From Acidobacteriaceae bacterium (GTDB lineage: Bacteria; Acidobacteriota; Terriglobia; Terriglobales; Acidobacteriaceae): a DNA stretch of 64,000 nucleotides. Where the stretch lies: assembly GCA_003151435.1 (NCBI GenBank), contig PLXP01000144.1:7422-71421 (forward strand), given 5' to 3'. Position numbers and translations under genes: made by a program. Within the stretch, counting starts at the first letter, position 1, and every line of letters begins with the position of its first letter. The notes under the pieces are model-generated. The model did no database searches. It saw only the letters and a program-made list of their open reading frames with translations, and was not told the origin of the DNA. Positions 36,745-44,971 of this stretch are shown in pieces.

Positions 36745-37278
36745 GTGACGATTGCAAGGTTGGCGTTTACTCTCACCCTCGCTCTTGCTCTGATAGGCTC
36801 CGCCAATGCCAAACACCCCGTCCGACCGGAACAGCTGCACTTTAGCGCGGAAGACGAAGGTGTAAGGCACCCTGTAGCGATTCCAACGGAAGTATTGGCC
36901 ATATTGGGCAAAGACGAAATGGTCAAAGACATCCTGGAAGACCAGAATGTTTCCGCCGATACGATGCCGCCGTCATGGTTCTCCGCTTCGGTGGTGCATC
37001 TCAGCGCCAATGATGAGGCTGATCTGATTGTCGAAGGAGAACCTCCCGTCGTGGGAGCCAATATCACTCCATTCTGGGTCTTCTGCGCCACGGACCACGG
37101 CTACGAGTTGGTTCTTACGGCTCGTGCGCATGATCTGGAAGTGAAGAAGAGGCGGTGGAAAGGGCACCACGTAATCGTAATGTCAGGCGAGACTGCAGTG
37201 GTGTTCACCGGGGTCGAGTTCAGATGGAACGGGAATCGCTATACGGAGTTTCGAGAGAAGTCGGAGAATCTGCGCTAG
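36745..37278 (+). CDS. Hypothetical secreted protein
   Basis: GTG start with signal MTIARLAFTLTLALALIGSANA. No recognisable motif. Confidence 0.5.
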   Translation: MTIARLAFTLTLALALIGSANAKHPVRPEQLHFSAEDEGVRHPVAIPTEVLAILGKDEMVKDILEDQNVSADTMPPSWFSASVVHLSANDEADLIVEGEPPVVGANITPFWVFCATDHGYELVLTARAHDLEVKKRRWKGHHVIVMSGETAVVFTGVEFRWNGNRYTEFREKSENLR

Positions 37279-37286
37279 CGCACGCC

Positions 37287-38963
37287 CTAAAGCGAAACCC
37301 CGCGCTTCCACGGAATGAAATCGTTCTGTCCCAGCAACTCAGCTTTCGTGAGCCGCTCACCGCTCGCCACCTCGATGCAAAGATCCAGCAGCTTCTCCGC
37401 GCACTCGGCGATCGTCATCTCCCCGGTAATGATTCCACCCGCATCGAAGTCGATGATGTCCCCCATGCGTTCAGCGAGCGTCGAATTGGTTGAGATCTTC
37501 ACCACCGGCGCCACCGGATTCCCAGTCGGTGTTCCGAGCCCCGTCGTAAACAGCACAAGGTTCGCGCCCGAACCCGCCTGTGCCGTCACGCACTCCACAT
37601 CGTTGCCCGGCGTACACAACAGGTTGAGTCCCGCCTTGGTCGCGTATTGTGGAAAATCGAGCACGTCCTCGATCGGCGACATTCCGCCCTTGCGCGCCGC
37701 CCCCGCGGACTTGATGGCATCGGTAATCAGCCCGTCCTCAATATTGCCCGGCGACGGATTCATTTCGAACCCCGAATGCACCGCCTTGGCGCGCGCCGAG
37801 TACGCCTGCATCAAATCGTAAAAGCGCTGTGCCAGTTCATCCGTGGCGCAGCGGTTAATCAACTCCTGCTCCACGCCGTGCAACTCCGGGAATTCCGAAA
37901 GCAACGTCCTGCCGCCCACGCCCACTAACAAATCCGACAGATAGCCGATCGCGGGATTCGCCGAAATGCCGCTGAACCCGTCCGAACCGCCGCACTTCAG
38001 TCCCACCGTCAGTGCGGACAGAGAAACAGGCGCGCGCTCCGCGCGGTTGGCCTCCTCGAGCGCAGCAAATGTCTGGTCCAGCGCTGCGCTCATCAGCGCA
38101 GTCTCGCGCCCCGATCGCTGCTGATCGAATACCAGCACAGGCTTGCGCATCTCAGGATCGCGCGCACCCAGCTCGTCCATCAGGATGCTGGCCTGCGCGT
38201 GCTGGCAGCCCAGGCTCAGCACCGTGGCGCCGGCCACGTTGGGGTGATGAATGTAACCGGCCAGCAAACCGCAGAGCGCCTGCGCGTCCTGTCGCGTGCC
38301 GCCGCATCCGCCCTGGTGCGTCAAAAATCGAATGCCATCGAGATTCGGAAACACCTGCTCTTCACGCACCCCGTTTGGGTGCCCCATCCTTGCAGCGTCC
38401 TTTGCCGCAAGGGTGGGATCCAACGAACCCTCGCTTTTTCTTCCCCGGACCAGTTGCCGCACATGCTGGCGATAGCTGTTTTGTGTGCTGCCGTAGCCAA
38501 GCTCCTCTTCAAGCGCTTCTCTCATCCGCTCCACGTTGCGGTTCTCGCAAAACACCAGCGGCAGCACCAGCCAATAATTGCGCGTGCCCACCTGTCCATC
38601 CGCGCGGTGATAGCCCATGAAGGTGCGCTCGCTCCACGTTGAGGCATCGGGCAGCGCGAAGGTCACCGGATGCCGCATCGCGGAATATGCGTCCGCACGG
38701 TGCCGCACATTGCGCGTTGACAGCAGGCCTCCGCTCGGAATCGCTTCCACTACTTCGCCCACCACCATGCCGTACATGCGGATCAAGTCGCCGGGCTTCA
38801 GATCGACCAGCGCCATCTTGTGCTTGGCGGGAATATTTTGCGCTACGGCACACGAGGCAGAGGCCGGCGGCTGCCCAAAATGCACGACCGCACCAGGGAT
38901 GAGAGGGGTGAGCGCGACTAAAACGTTGTCACGCGGATCGAGTTGCAGAACGGATTTCAGCAT
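37287..38963 (-). CDS. UxaA/GarD family sugar-acid dehydratase (altronate/galactarate dehydratase-like)
   Basis: ATG 38963 after GAAGGAAA. N-terminal SAF domain (DNVLVALTPLIPG...IPAKHKMALVDLKPGDLIRMYG). The C-terminal domain has GLKCGGSDGFSGISANP and LFTTGLGTPTGNP. Confidence 0.85.
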   Translation of the reverse strand: MLKSVLQLDPRDNVLVALTPLIPGAVVHFGQPPASASCAVAQNIPAKHKMALVDLKPGDLIRMYGMVVGEVVEAIPSGGLLSTRNVRHRADAYSAMRHPVTFALPDASTWSERTFMGYHRADGQVGTRNYWLVLPLVFCENRNVERMREALEEELGYGSTQNSYRQHVRQLVRGRKSEGSLDPTLAAKDAARMGHPNGVREEQVFPNLDGIRFLTHQGGCGGTRQDAQALCGLLAGYIHHPNVAGATVLSLGCQHAQASILMDELGARDPEMRKPVLVFDQQRSGRETALMSAALDQTFAALEEANRAERAPVSLSALTVGLKCGGSDGFSGISANPAIGYLSDLLVGVGGRTLLSEFPELHGVEQELINRCATDELAQRFYDLMQAYSARAKAVHSGFEMNPSPGNIEDGLITDAIKSAGAARKGGMSPIEDVLDFPQYATKAGLNLLCTPGNDVECVTAQAGSGANLVLFTTGLGTPTGNPVAPVVKISTNSTLAERMGDIIDFDAGGIITGEMTIAECAEKLLDLCIEVASGERLTKAELLGQNDFIPWKRGVSL

Positions 38964-39125
38964 GGGGGTTTTCCTTCGCAAGAGCGCATCAGCCAACACG
39001 CCAAGGATACAACCACGCCCATTGATGCGCCGCACATCGACTGCCGTGTCTTGATCCGCCCTTGGAGCGGTGAAGGGTACGGGCTTTAGCCCCCGAGGGA
39101 GCTTATCGATCCCCAAACCATTCCG

Positions 39126-39869
39126 CTACAAATGCGCGAACCGCAACAGCAGACCCGCCAGCCCACCACCTATCAGCGGTCCAATCACCGGGATCGGTGC
39201 ATACCTCCACTGCGAACCGCCCTTGCCGGGAATAGGCAGCAGCGCGTGCGCAATGCGCGGCCCAAGGTCGCGCGCCGGATTGATGGCATACCCTGTCGTC
39301 CCGCCCAGCGAAAGACCGATGCCCCACACCAGGCTCGCCACCAGCCACGGCCCCATGCCCGCGGCCGGCCCGTGTTCCGCTACTCCGTGAGAAAAGATCG
39401 CGCCCACCACCACCACCAGCACCGCCGTACCCAGAATCTCGTCGAAGAGGTTGGCCAGTGGGCTGCTCACCGCAGGCGCGGTGCAGAAAATTCCCAGCTT
39501 GGCCGCGGGGTTGGGCGTGTGCTTCCAGTGCGGCGCATAGTGCAGCGCCATCAGCGACGCGCCGCACACACCGCCCAGCAACTGCGCCGACCACAGCCAC
39601 AGCACCTGCGAGTAATCGCCGCTCTGCACCGCGGCTGACAACGTGATCGCCGGATTGAGATGCGCGCCGGGGCTGCCGAAGGCCTGCGCCACCAGCACGC
39701 CGCACAGCACTCCCAGCGCCCATCCAGTGGTTACCACCATCCAGCCCGCATCGGCCGCATACGACTTGCGCAGGGTCACGCCGGCGCAAACACCGTTGCC
39801 CAGCAGCACCAGCACAAGCGTGCCCAAAAATTCGCCAAACCAGGGAGAATGCATCAAGGCTTCCTTCAT
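39126..39869 (-). CDS. MIP-family channel (aquaporin/glycerol facilitator)
   Basis: Two NPA boxes (GAHLNPAITL and INPARDLGPR) and six hydrophobic segments. Start chosen at ATG 39869; ATG 39854 is also possible. Confidence 0.85.
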   Translation of the reverse strand: MKEALMHSPWFGEFLGTLVLVLLGNGVCAGVTLRKSYAADAGWMVVTTGWALGVLCGVLVAQAFGSPGAHLNPAITLSAAVQSGDYSQVLWLWSAQLLGGVCGASLMALHYAPHWKHTPNPAAKLGIFCTAPAVSSPLANLFDEILGTAVLVVVVGAIFSHGVAEHGPAAGMGPWLVASLVWGIGLSLGGTTGYAINPARDLGPRIAHALLPIPGKGGSQWRYAPIPVIGPLIGGGLAGLLLRFAHL

Positions 39870-40063
39870 GCGCGCGTTCTGCGTTACCTGGCAGAGCACG
39901 CGCCAACCATCCATATACGGAACCAGAGCATTCTGCACTGTCCGCCTGTGTTTCGCCAAGATGCCGAGCCCTCGCATCCGCAACATGGCCCCGCGGGTGT
40001 ACACGGCAAGAGCAAATGCATTAGCCTCAAGTCTCACTCTGTTGTGCGAATAGGACTTAAAAA

Positions 40064-40483
40064 ATGGCTGTGACCAACGTACAAGAGCCTGCCCTTCAGC
40101 ATCTCCTCGAACACGCGCGCCAGGCCGCGCAAAACTCCTACTCGCCTTACTCTCACTTCAGAGTCGGTGCGGCGCTCAAGCTCAACAGCGGCGAAGTGGT
40201 CACCGGCGCCAACGTTGAAAATGTGAGCTACGGACTCACCATCTGCGCCGAGCGTTGCGCCCTCGTGCGTGCCGTTGCCCTGTTCGGCCCTGACATCCGC
40301 ATCCAGGCCGTCGCCGTCGCCAACCTCAACGACGCTCCCAGCCCGCCGTGCGGTGCGTGCCGCCAGGTGCTGGCCGAATTCATTGAGCCTGAAGCGCCGG
40401 TTCTTTTCTCCGCCGCCGATGGCCTGCGCTGCATGCCCTTCTCTGACCTGCTGCCTCTCGCATTCGACATGAAACTGAAGTGA
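40064..40483 (+). CDS. cdd: Cytidine deaminase
   Basis: Zinc motifs CAERCAL and PCGACRQVLAEF, at about 139 aa. Confidence 0.9.
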   Translation: MAVTNVQEPALQHLLEHARQAAQNSYSPYSHFRVGAALKLNSGEVVTGANVENVSYGLTICAERCALVRAVALFGPDIRIQAVAVANLNDAPSPPCGACRQVLAEFIEPEAPVLFSAADGLRCMPFSDLLPLAFDMKLK

Positions 40484-41883
40484 AGGCTCCCGATCTCATG
40501 AAAGATGATTCCGTTGTATCTGTTGCTCCTCTCCACATCACCGACATCATTCGCAAAAAGCGCGATGGTGGCGTGCTCGACGACCGCGAAATTGGTTTCC
40601 TCGTCTCCGGCGCCACCACCGGATCCATCCCGCCCGAGCAGCTCGCCTCGTGGCTGATGGCGTCGTGGCTGCGCGGCTTGTCGCTCGATGAAACCCGCGC
40701 CCTCACCATCGCCATGCGCGACTCCGGTGAAAAGTTCACGCCCCGCCGCCTCGGCAAAGTCGCCGTTGACAAGCACTCCACCGGCGGCGTGGGAGACAAG
40801 ACCAGCTTTCTCGTCGCTCCTCTCGCCGCGGCTTGCGGCCTCGCCGTGCCCATGATCAGCGGTCGCGCCCTGGGCCACACCGGCGGCACTCTCGACAAAC
40901 TGGAATCCATTCCCGGCTACCGCACCGCCCTCACACTGTCTGAATTCGAAGACGTGCTGGTCCACTGCGGCGCATCCATCGTCAGCCAGACCGCCACGCT
41001 TGTCCCTGCCGACGGCGTGCTCTATGCCCTGCGCGACCGCACCGCCACGGTCGAAAACGCAAGCCTGATCTGCGCCTCCATCCTCAGCAAAAAACTCGCC
41101 GCGGGTCTCGACGCGCTTGTTCTCGACGTGAAAACCGGCTCGGGTTCTTTCCTTCCCCAGCACAAGGACTCCGCGTACCTCGCCGCCCTCCTGGTGGCCA
41201 CGGCCGAGGGCGCGGGAACCCGCACCGTCGCGCTCATGACCGACATGGGCCAGCCTCTTGGCCGCACCGCAGGCAACTGGATCGAACTCGCGGAGTGTGT
41301 CGAACTGCTTCGCGGCCAGCGCCCCGCCGGCAGCGAAGATCTTCGCGGGCTCTCGCTCATTCTCGCTGGATGGATGATCCATCTCGGCGGCAAAGCAGGC
41401 ACGCCGGAAGCGGGTCGACAGCTGGCAGAAACCGCACTGGTGGATGGCTCGGCCTTGGGCAAGTTTTACATGATGATCGAAGCGCAAGGCGGCGATCTCT
41501 CCGTCTTTGACGATCTCGCCGCCACCCACAAGCCCGGCGCCACCCAGGTTCTCGCGGCTTGGGATACCGGCTACATCGCCGCGATGGACACCATGGCCAT
41601 CGGCTGGGCCGTCCAACGCACCGGCGCCGGCCGCGAGCAGCCAGGTGCGCCCGTCGATCCCCATGCCGGCATCGAGTTTCACGCTCGCCGCGGAGCCCAC
41701 TTGGTAAAGGGCGAGCCGCTGGCCACGCTCTACGCCACCACTGCCGCGCAACTCGATGAGCCCATCGCCATCCTGCAACGCGCAATCCAAATCTCGCCGG
41801 CCCCGCCCGACGCAGTACCGCTCGTCAACCAGATCTTCACCCGCGAAAATGCCGAAGCCTTCCTGCGCAATACTGTAAGGTAG
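40480..41883 (+). CDS. deoA: Thymidine/pyrimidine-nucleoside phosphorylase
   Basis: The GTG start overlaps the cdd stop (GTGA). IIRKKRDG, DKHSTGGVGDKTS, SGRALGHTGGTLDKLESIPG. ATG 40498 is an alternative start. Confidence 0.9.
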   Translation: MKAPDLMKDDSVVSVAPLHITDIIRKKRDGGVLDDREIGFLVSGATTGSIPPEQLASWLMASWLRGLSLDETRALTIAMRDSGEKFTPRRLGKVAVDKHSTGGVGDKTSFLVAPLAAACGLAVPMISGRALGHTGGTLDKLESIPGYRTALTLSEFEDVLVHCGASIVSQTATLVPADGVLYALRDRTATVENASLICASILSKKLAAGLDALVLDVKTGSGSFLPQHKDSAYLAALLVATAEGAGTRTVALMTDMGQPLGRTAGNWIELAECVELLRGQRPAGSEDLRGLSLILAGWMIHLGGKAGTPEAGRQLAETALVDGSALGKFYMMIEAQGGDLSVFDDLAATHKPGATQVLAAWDTGYIAAMDTMAIGWAVQRTGAGREQPGAPVDPHAGIEFHARRGAHLVKGEPLATLYATTAAQLDEPIAILQRAIQISPAPPDAVPLVNQIFTRENAEAFLRNTVR

Positions 41884-41892
41884 TGACAAACA

Positions 41893-41927
41893 GGGAATAG
41901 GGAAAAGGGAACATGGAACAGGGAGAA
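41893..41927. repeat. Heptanucleotide tandem array (GGGAAYA-type, 5 copies)
   Basis: GGGAATA GGGAAAA GGGAACA TGGAACA GGGAGAA, starting 10 nt after the deoA stop. It is the reverse complement of the word family at 33202 and 50176. Confidence 0.7.
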
Positions 41928-41959
41928 GTGTGGGCAGCCGCTTCGTCAACGTTCAATCT

Positions 41960-42018
41960 CTGACCCCTGAGCTCTGACAATTGACAACTGACAACTGAAG
42001 ACTGACAACTGAAGACTG
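41960..42018. repeat. 14-nt (2 x 7) tandem repeat CTGACAACTGAAGA, about 4 copies
   Basis: CTGACCCCTGAGCT / CTGACAATTGACAA / CTGACAACTGAAGA / CTGACAACTGAAGA / CTG, ending 18 nt before the nupC TTG start. TGA occurs in every unit. Confidence 0.75.
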
Positions 42019-42036
42019 CTTCTCAGGAGCACTCAC

Positions 42037-43290
42037 TTGGACCGATTCACGGGAATACTGGGCATTCTGGCCGTGCTGCTGGCGGCCTGGCTTGGCTCCA
42101 CTGACCGTCGCCGCATCCGCTGGCGCACCGTGGCCTGGGGCCTGAGCCTGCAATTCATCTTCGCTTTCTTCGTGCTCCGTTTCGACTACGGACAGCGCGC
42201 CATGGCGTGGGCCGGAGGCGTGGTCAACAACATGCTCGCCGCCACCTTCTCGGGAACGAAGATCCTGTTCGGACAGCTCGGCCTTCCCAACTCCGGCGCA
42301 TTCGGCAACCTGCTTCCACCCAACTCCGGCTCCATCTTCGCCTTTCAGGTTCTGCCCACCATCATCTTCATCTCCGCATTCTTCGCGGTCATGTACCACA
42401 TCGGCCTCATGCAGATCGTCATTCGCGGCCTGGCATGGGTCATGCTCAAGACCATGCGCATCTCCGGCGCCGAGAGCATGAACGTCGCGGCCTCCATCTT
42501 CATGGGCCAGACCGAGGCCCCGCTCACCATACGGCCGTTTCTCTCCAAGGCCACGCGCAGCGAACTCATGACCATCATGACCAGCGGCATGGCTCACGTC
42601 TCCGGCGGCATCATGGCCATGTACATCTCGCAGGGTGTCGAAGCCAAGCACCTGCTCGCAGCCGTCATCATGACATCGCCCGGCACCATCCTGGTCTCCA
42701 AGATGCTCGTGCCTGAAACCGGCATCCCCGCCACCGAAGGCCGCGTCGTCATTCCCAAAGACGAGCAGCACAAGGACGAGAACCTCATCGGCGCCATTGC
42801 CCGCGGCACCATCGACGGCGGCAAGCTGGCCCTGAATGTGGCCATCATGCTCATCAGCTTCCTCGCCCTGGTTGCGTTGCTCGACAGCCTGCTCGGGTGG
42901 GCTCACGGTGGCATGCCTTGGGTTCCTGCCAGCCTCGGTCAGATTCTTGGCTACATCTTCTGGCCCGTCGCGTGGCTCATCGGAGTTCCAAGCCACGACT
43001 GCGGCGTCATCGGCAACCTGCTCGGCATGCGCATGGCGCTCAACGAAGTCATCGCCTACATTTCACTCGGCGCACAAAGGGCCGCGCTCGCTCCCCGCTC
43101 TTTCACCATCGCCACGTTCGCGCTCTGCGGCTTCGCCAACCTCGGCTCCATCGGCATGCAGATCGGCGGCATCGGCGCGCTGGTCCCGGAGCGCCGCAAC
43201 GACCTGGCCAAGCTGGGCGTCCGCGCCATGTTGGCCGGCACCATGGCCAATCTCATCAGCGCTTCCATCGCCGGCATGTTCCTTGGGTAA
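42037..43290 (+). CDS. nupC: NupC/CNT-family nucleoside transporter
   Basis: TTG start. MDRFTGILGILAVLLAAW, the WGLSLQFIFAFFVL N-terminal domain, GQTEAPL, and a conserved C-terminal domain (ALCGFANLGSIG). Confidence 0.85.
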   Translation: MDRFTGILGILAVLLAAWLGSTDRRRIRWRTVAWGLSLQFIFAFFVLRFDYGQRAMAWAGGVVNNMLAATFSGTKILFGQLGLPNSGAFGNLLPPNSGSIFAFQVLPTIIFISAFFAVMYHIGLMQIVIRGLAWVMLKTMRISGAESMNVAASIFMGQTEAPLTIRPFLSKATRSELMTIMTSGMAHVSGGIMAMYISQGVEAKHLLAAVIMTSPGTILVSKMLVPETGIPATEGRVVIPKDEQHKDENLIGAIARGTIDGGKLALNVAIMLISFLALVALLDSLLGWAHGGMPWVPASLGQILGYIFWPVAWLIGVPSHDCGVIGNLLGMRMALNEVIAYISLGAQRAALAPRSFTIATFALCGFANLGSIGMQIGGIGALVPERRNDLAKLGVRAMLAGTMANLISASIAGMFLG

Positions 43291-43330
43291 GAAAGAATAA
43301 AGCGACCGAAATCGAATCTGCGATGGGTGC

Positions 43331-43356
43331 CCCAGGTCTCGCTTTTGAGACCTGGG
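43331..43356. terminator. Perfect 10-bp hairpin between convergent nupC and DUF2277 genes
   Basis: CCCAGGTCTC-GCTTTT-GAGACCTGGG. The flanking T/A tracts are weak, so the terminator function is inferred from its position. Confidence 0.5.
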
Positions 43357-43382
43357 TTAGCACAATCAGAAATCACTCCCGC

Positions 43383-43652
43383 CTAATCGCCATATCGCGC
43401 CAACCCGCGCGCTCTTGCTTTGGCCGCCTCTTCTTCGCGATTCCGATGCGGCGCATTCGTCTCCAGCGAACTCAGCAGCCGTGCCGAGACGGCAGCGATT
43501 TCATCCACGGCGCGGTCAAACGCCGCTTCATTCGCCTTGGAAGGTTTCGCGAATCCGCTGATCTTCCGCACGAATTGCAGCGACGCCGCCCGAACCTCGT
43601 CCTCCGTCATAGGCGGATCGAAGTTGAATAGCATTTTGATGTTCCGGCACAT
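43383..43652 (-). CDS. DUF2277 domain-containing protein
   Basis: ATG 43652 gives MCRNIKMLFNFDPPMTEDEVRAASLQFVRKISG, the characteristic DUF2277 N-terminus. Confidence 0.75.
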   Translation of the reverse strand: MCRNIKMLFNFDPPMTEDEVRAASLQFVRKISGFAKPSKANEAAFDRAVDEIAAVSARLLSSLETNAPHRNREEEAAKARARGLARYGD

Positions 43653-43756
43653 TTCTCGACTCCTTCCCACGTGACACTACTGCCTCACCAATCAAGGAAT
43701 TCCGGCAGGCGTCTCCTGCGGCCATCCCAGGAGTATAGTGTTTCCATAATCGGCCA

Positions 43757-44497
43757 ATGGAGCCTGCCTTGAAAAACTTCCTTTGCGGAGCCCTGCTCGT
43801 TTGCGTCTCTCTTCTCACCACTTCAGCTTCTGCGAAGGAGAAGGCGACAAAGCTCACCTTCGACTTCAACGGGCAGACGAGAATCCTCTTCGCCTTCGTA
43901 CCGAACAGGGAAGGGCCGCTGCCCGTCGTCGTTCTTCTCCATGGCTCAGGCAGAGACGGTCAGATCATGATTGAAATGTGGAAGGATCTCGCGGCGCGCG
44001 AAGGCATCATCCTTGCCGCCCCCAACTCATTCAACTCTGCGGAATGGAACACCACTCTGGACCCGCCGGAATTCCTCCACGCCGTGGTTGCACAGGTCCA
44101 GGCGACACACGCCATCGATGAAAGCCGCATCTACCTCTTCGGACATTCGGGAGGTGCAGTATACGGCCTTCTGCTTGCCATCATCGATTCCGAATACTTC
44201 GCGGCCACCGCTGTACACGCGGGCAAATTGCTGCCTCAGTTTTACGATGCATTTCCTTACGCAAAGCAACGAATGCCCATCGCCATCTGGGTCGGAGATC
44301 AGGACGCCGGATTCCCCGTGACTCAGGTCTTGGAGACCAAGCGAGTCATGGAGTCGAATGGGTTTCACGTCAATGTTTCCGTGATCCCCAATCACGACCA
44401 CAACTACTACGGAATCGCAAACGAGATCAACAGCAAAGCCTGGAACTTCTTGAAGAACGCGAAACTCAAGCCGCCCGCTGCCGAATCACAGGAATGA
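43757..44497 (+). CDS. Secreted alpha/beta-hydrolase esterase (PHB-depolymerase/carboxylesterase-like)
   Basis: Signal peptide, VVVLLHGSGRDG, nucleophile elbow LFGHSGGAVYG, and the C-terminal His region IPNHDHNY. Confidence 0.7.
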   Translation: MEPALKNFLCGALLVCVSLLTTSASAKEKATKLTFDFNGQTRILFAFVPNREGPLPVVVLLHGSGRDGQIMIEMWKDLAAREGIILAAPNSFNSAEWNTTLDPPEFLHAVVAQVQATHAIDESRIYLFGHSGGAVYGLLLAIIDSEYFAATAVHAGKLLPQFYDAFPYAKQRMPIAIWVGDQDAGFPVTQVLETKRVMESNGFHVNVSVIPNHDHNYYGIANEINSKAWNFLKNAKLKPPAAESQE

Positions 44498-44575
44498 TCG
44501 ACCTGCATTCCGAAGGAGACAATAACGAAGCGAAGAGAGTGGAATACACCGAATCTGTTCGCATCCCACCCGTCC

Positions 44576-44647
44576 CGCTAACCTGCTAGCTCGCTAACTC
44601 CGCGAAGCGGAGGCCAACTCGCTGACTTGCTGACTCGCTAGCTTCTC
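44576..44647. repeat. Octanucleotide-period micro-repeat block (CGCTAACY / ACTYGCTR words) with central hairpin
   Basis: CGCTAACC TGCTAGCT CGCTAACT ... AACTCGCT GACTTGCT GACTCGCT AGCTTCTC. The hairpin CTCCGC-GAA-GCGGAG lies at 44598-44612. Confidence 0.6.
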
Positions 44648-44900
44648 ACCCGCATCCCCGCCTTCCTCAACTCCCGGCGCACCGCCTTCTCAGTGCCGCC
44701 ACCCCGCCCCACGCTTCCAGCTTCCTGTGCGCGAGCATTGTTCTCCTCTTCCGCTCCTCGTCCCGCGCCTCCTCGCGCCGGGCCGCTCCGTGCGGCATTC
44801 CGGCCCGGAATGCATCAGGAAAGGGGCAGGAAGCAGTAATCCCCGCCTCAGCAAGCAACATCCCATCAGCCGCCATGCTTCAAACCAGCAGGCTTCGATA

Positions 44901-44925
44901 TTGCGGAACCTTCATCGTTCCGCAA
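44901..44925. promoter_or_regulatory. Perfect 9-bp inverted repeat (operator- or 5'UTR-hairpin-like)
   Basis: TTGCGGAAC-CTTCATC-GTTCCGCAA, 47 nt upstream of the ATG at 44972. Confidence 0.35.
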
Positions 44926-44971
44926 CATCCGCAGGTCAAACGCTCGTTGAACGTCGCGGAGGCTGCTCACC

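Noticed and set aside
40228-41949. 573-aa minus-strand ORF opposite cdd/deoA.
   Set aside because: The plus strand encodes textbook Cdd (CAERCAL/PCGACRQ) and thymidine phosphorylase (HSTGGVGDK). The antisense product is Gly/Ala/Arg-rich without motifs.
41893-42018. Considered whether the short tandem arrays (also at 33202, 44576 and 50176) could be CRISPR or a mini-CRISPR.
   Set aside because: The units are 7-14 nt and directly abutting, with no spacers, and no cas genes are present. They are micro- or minisatellite-like, not CRISPR.
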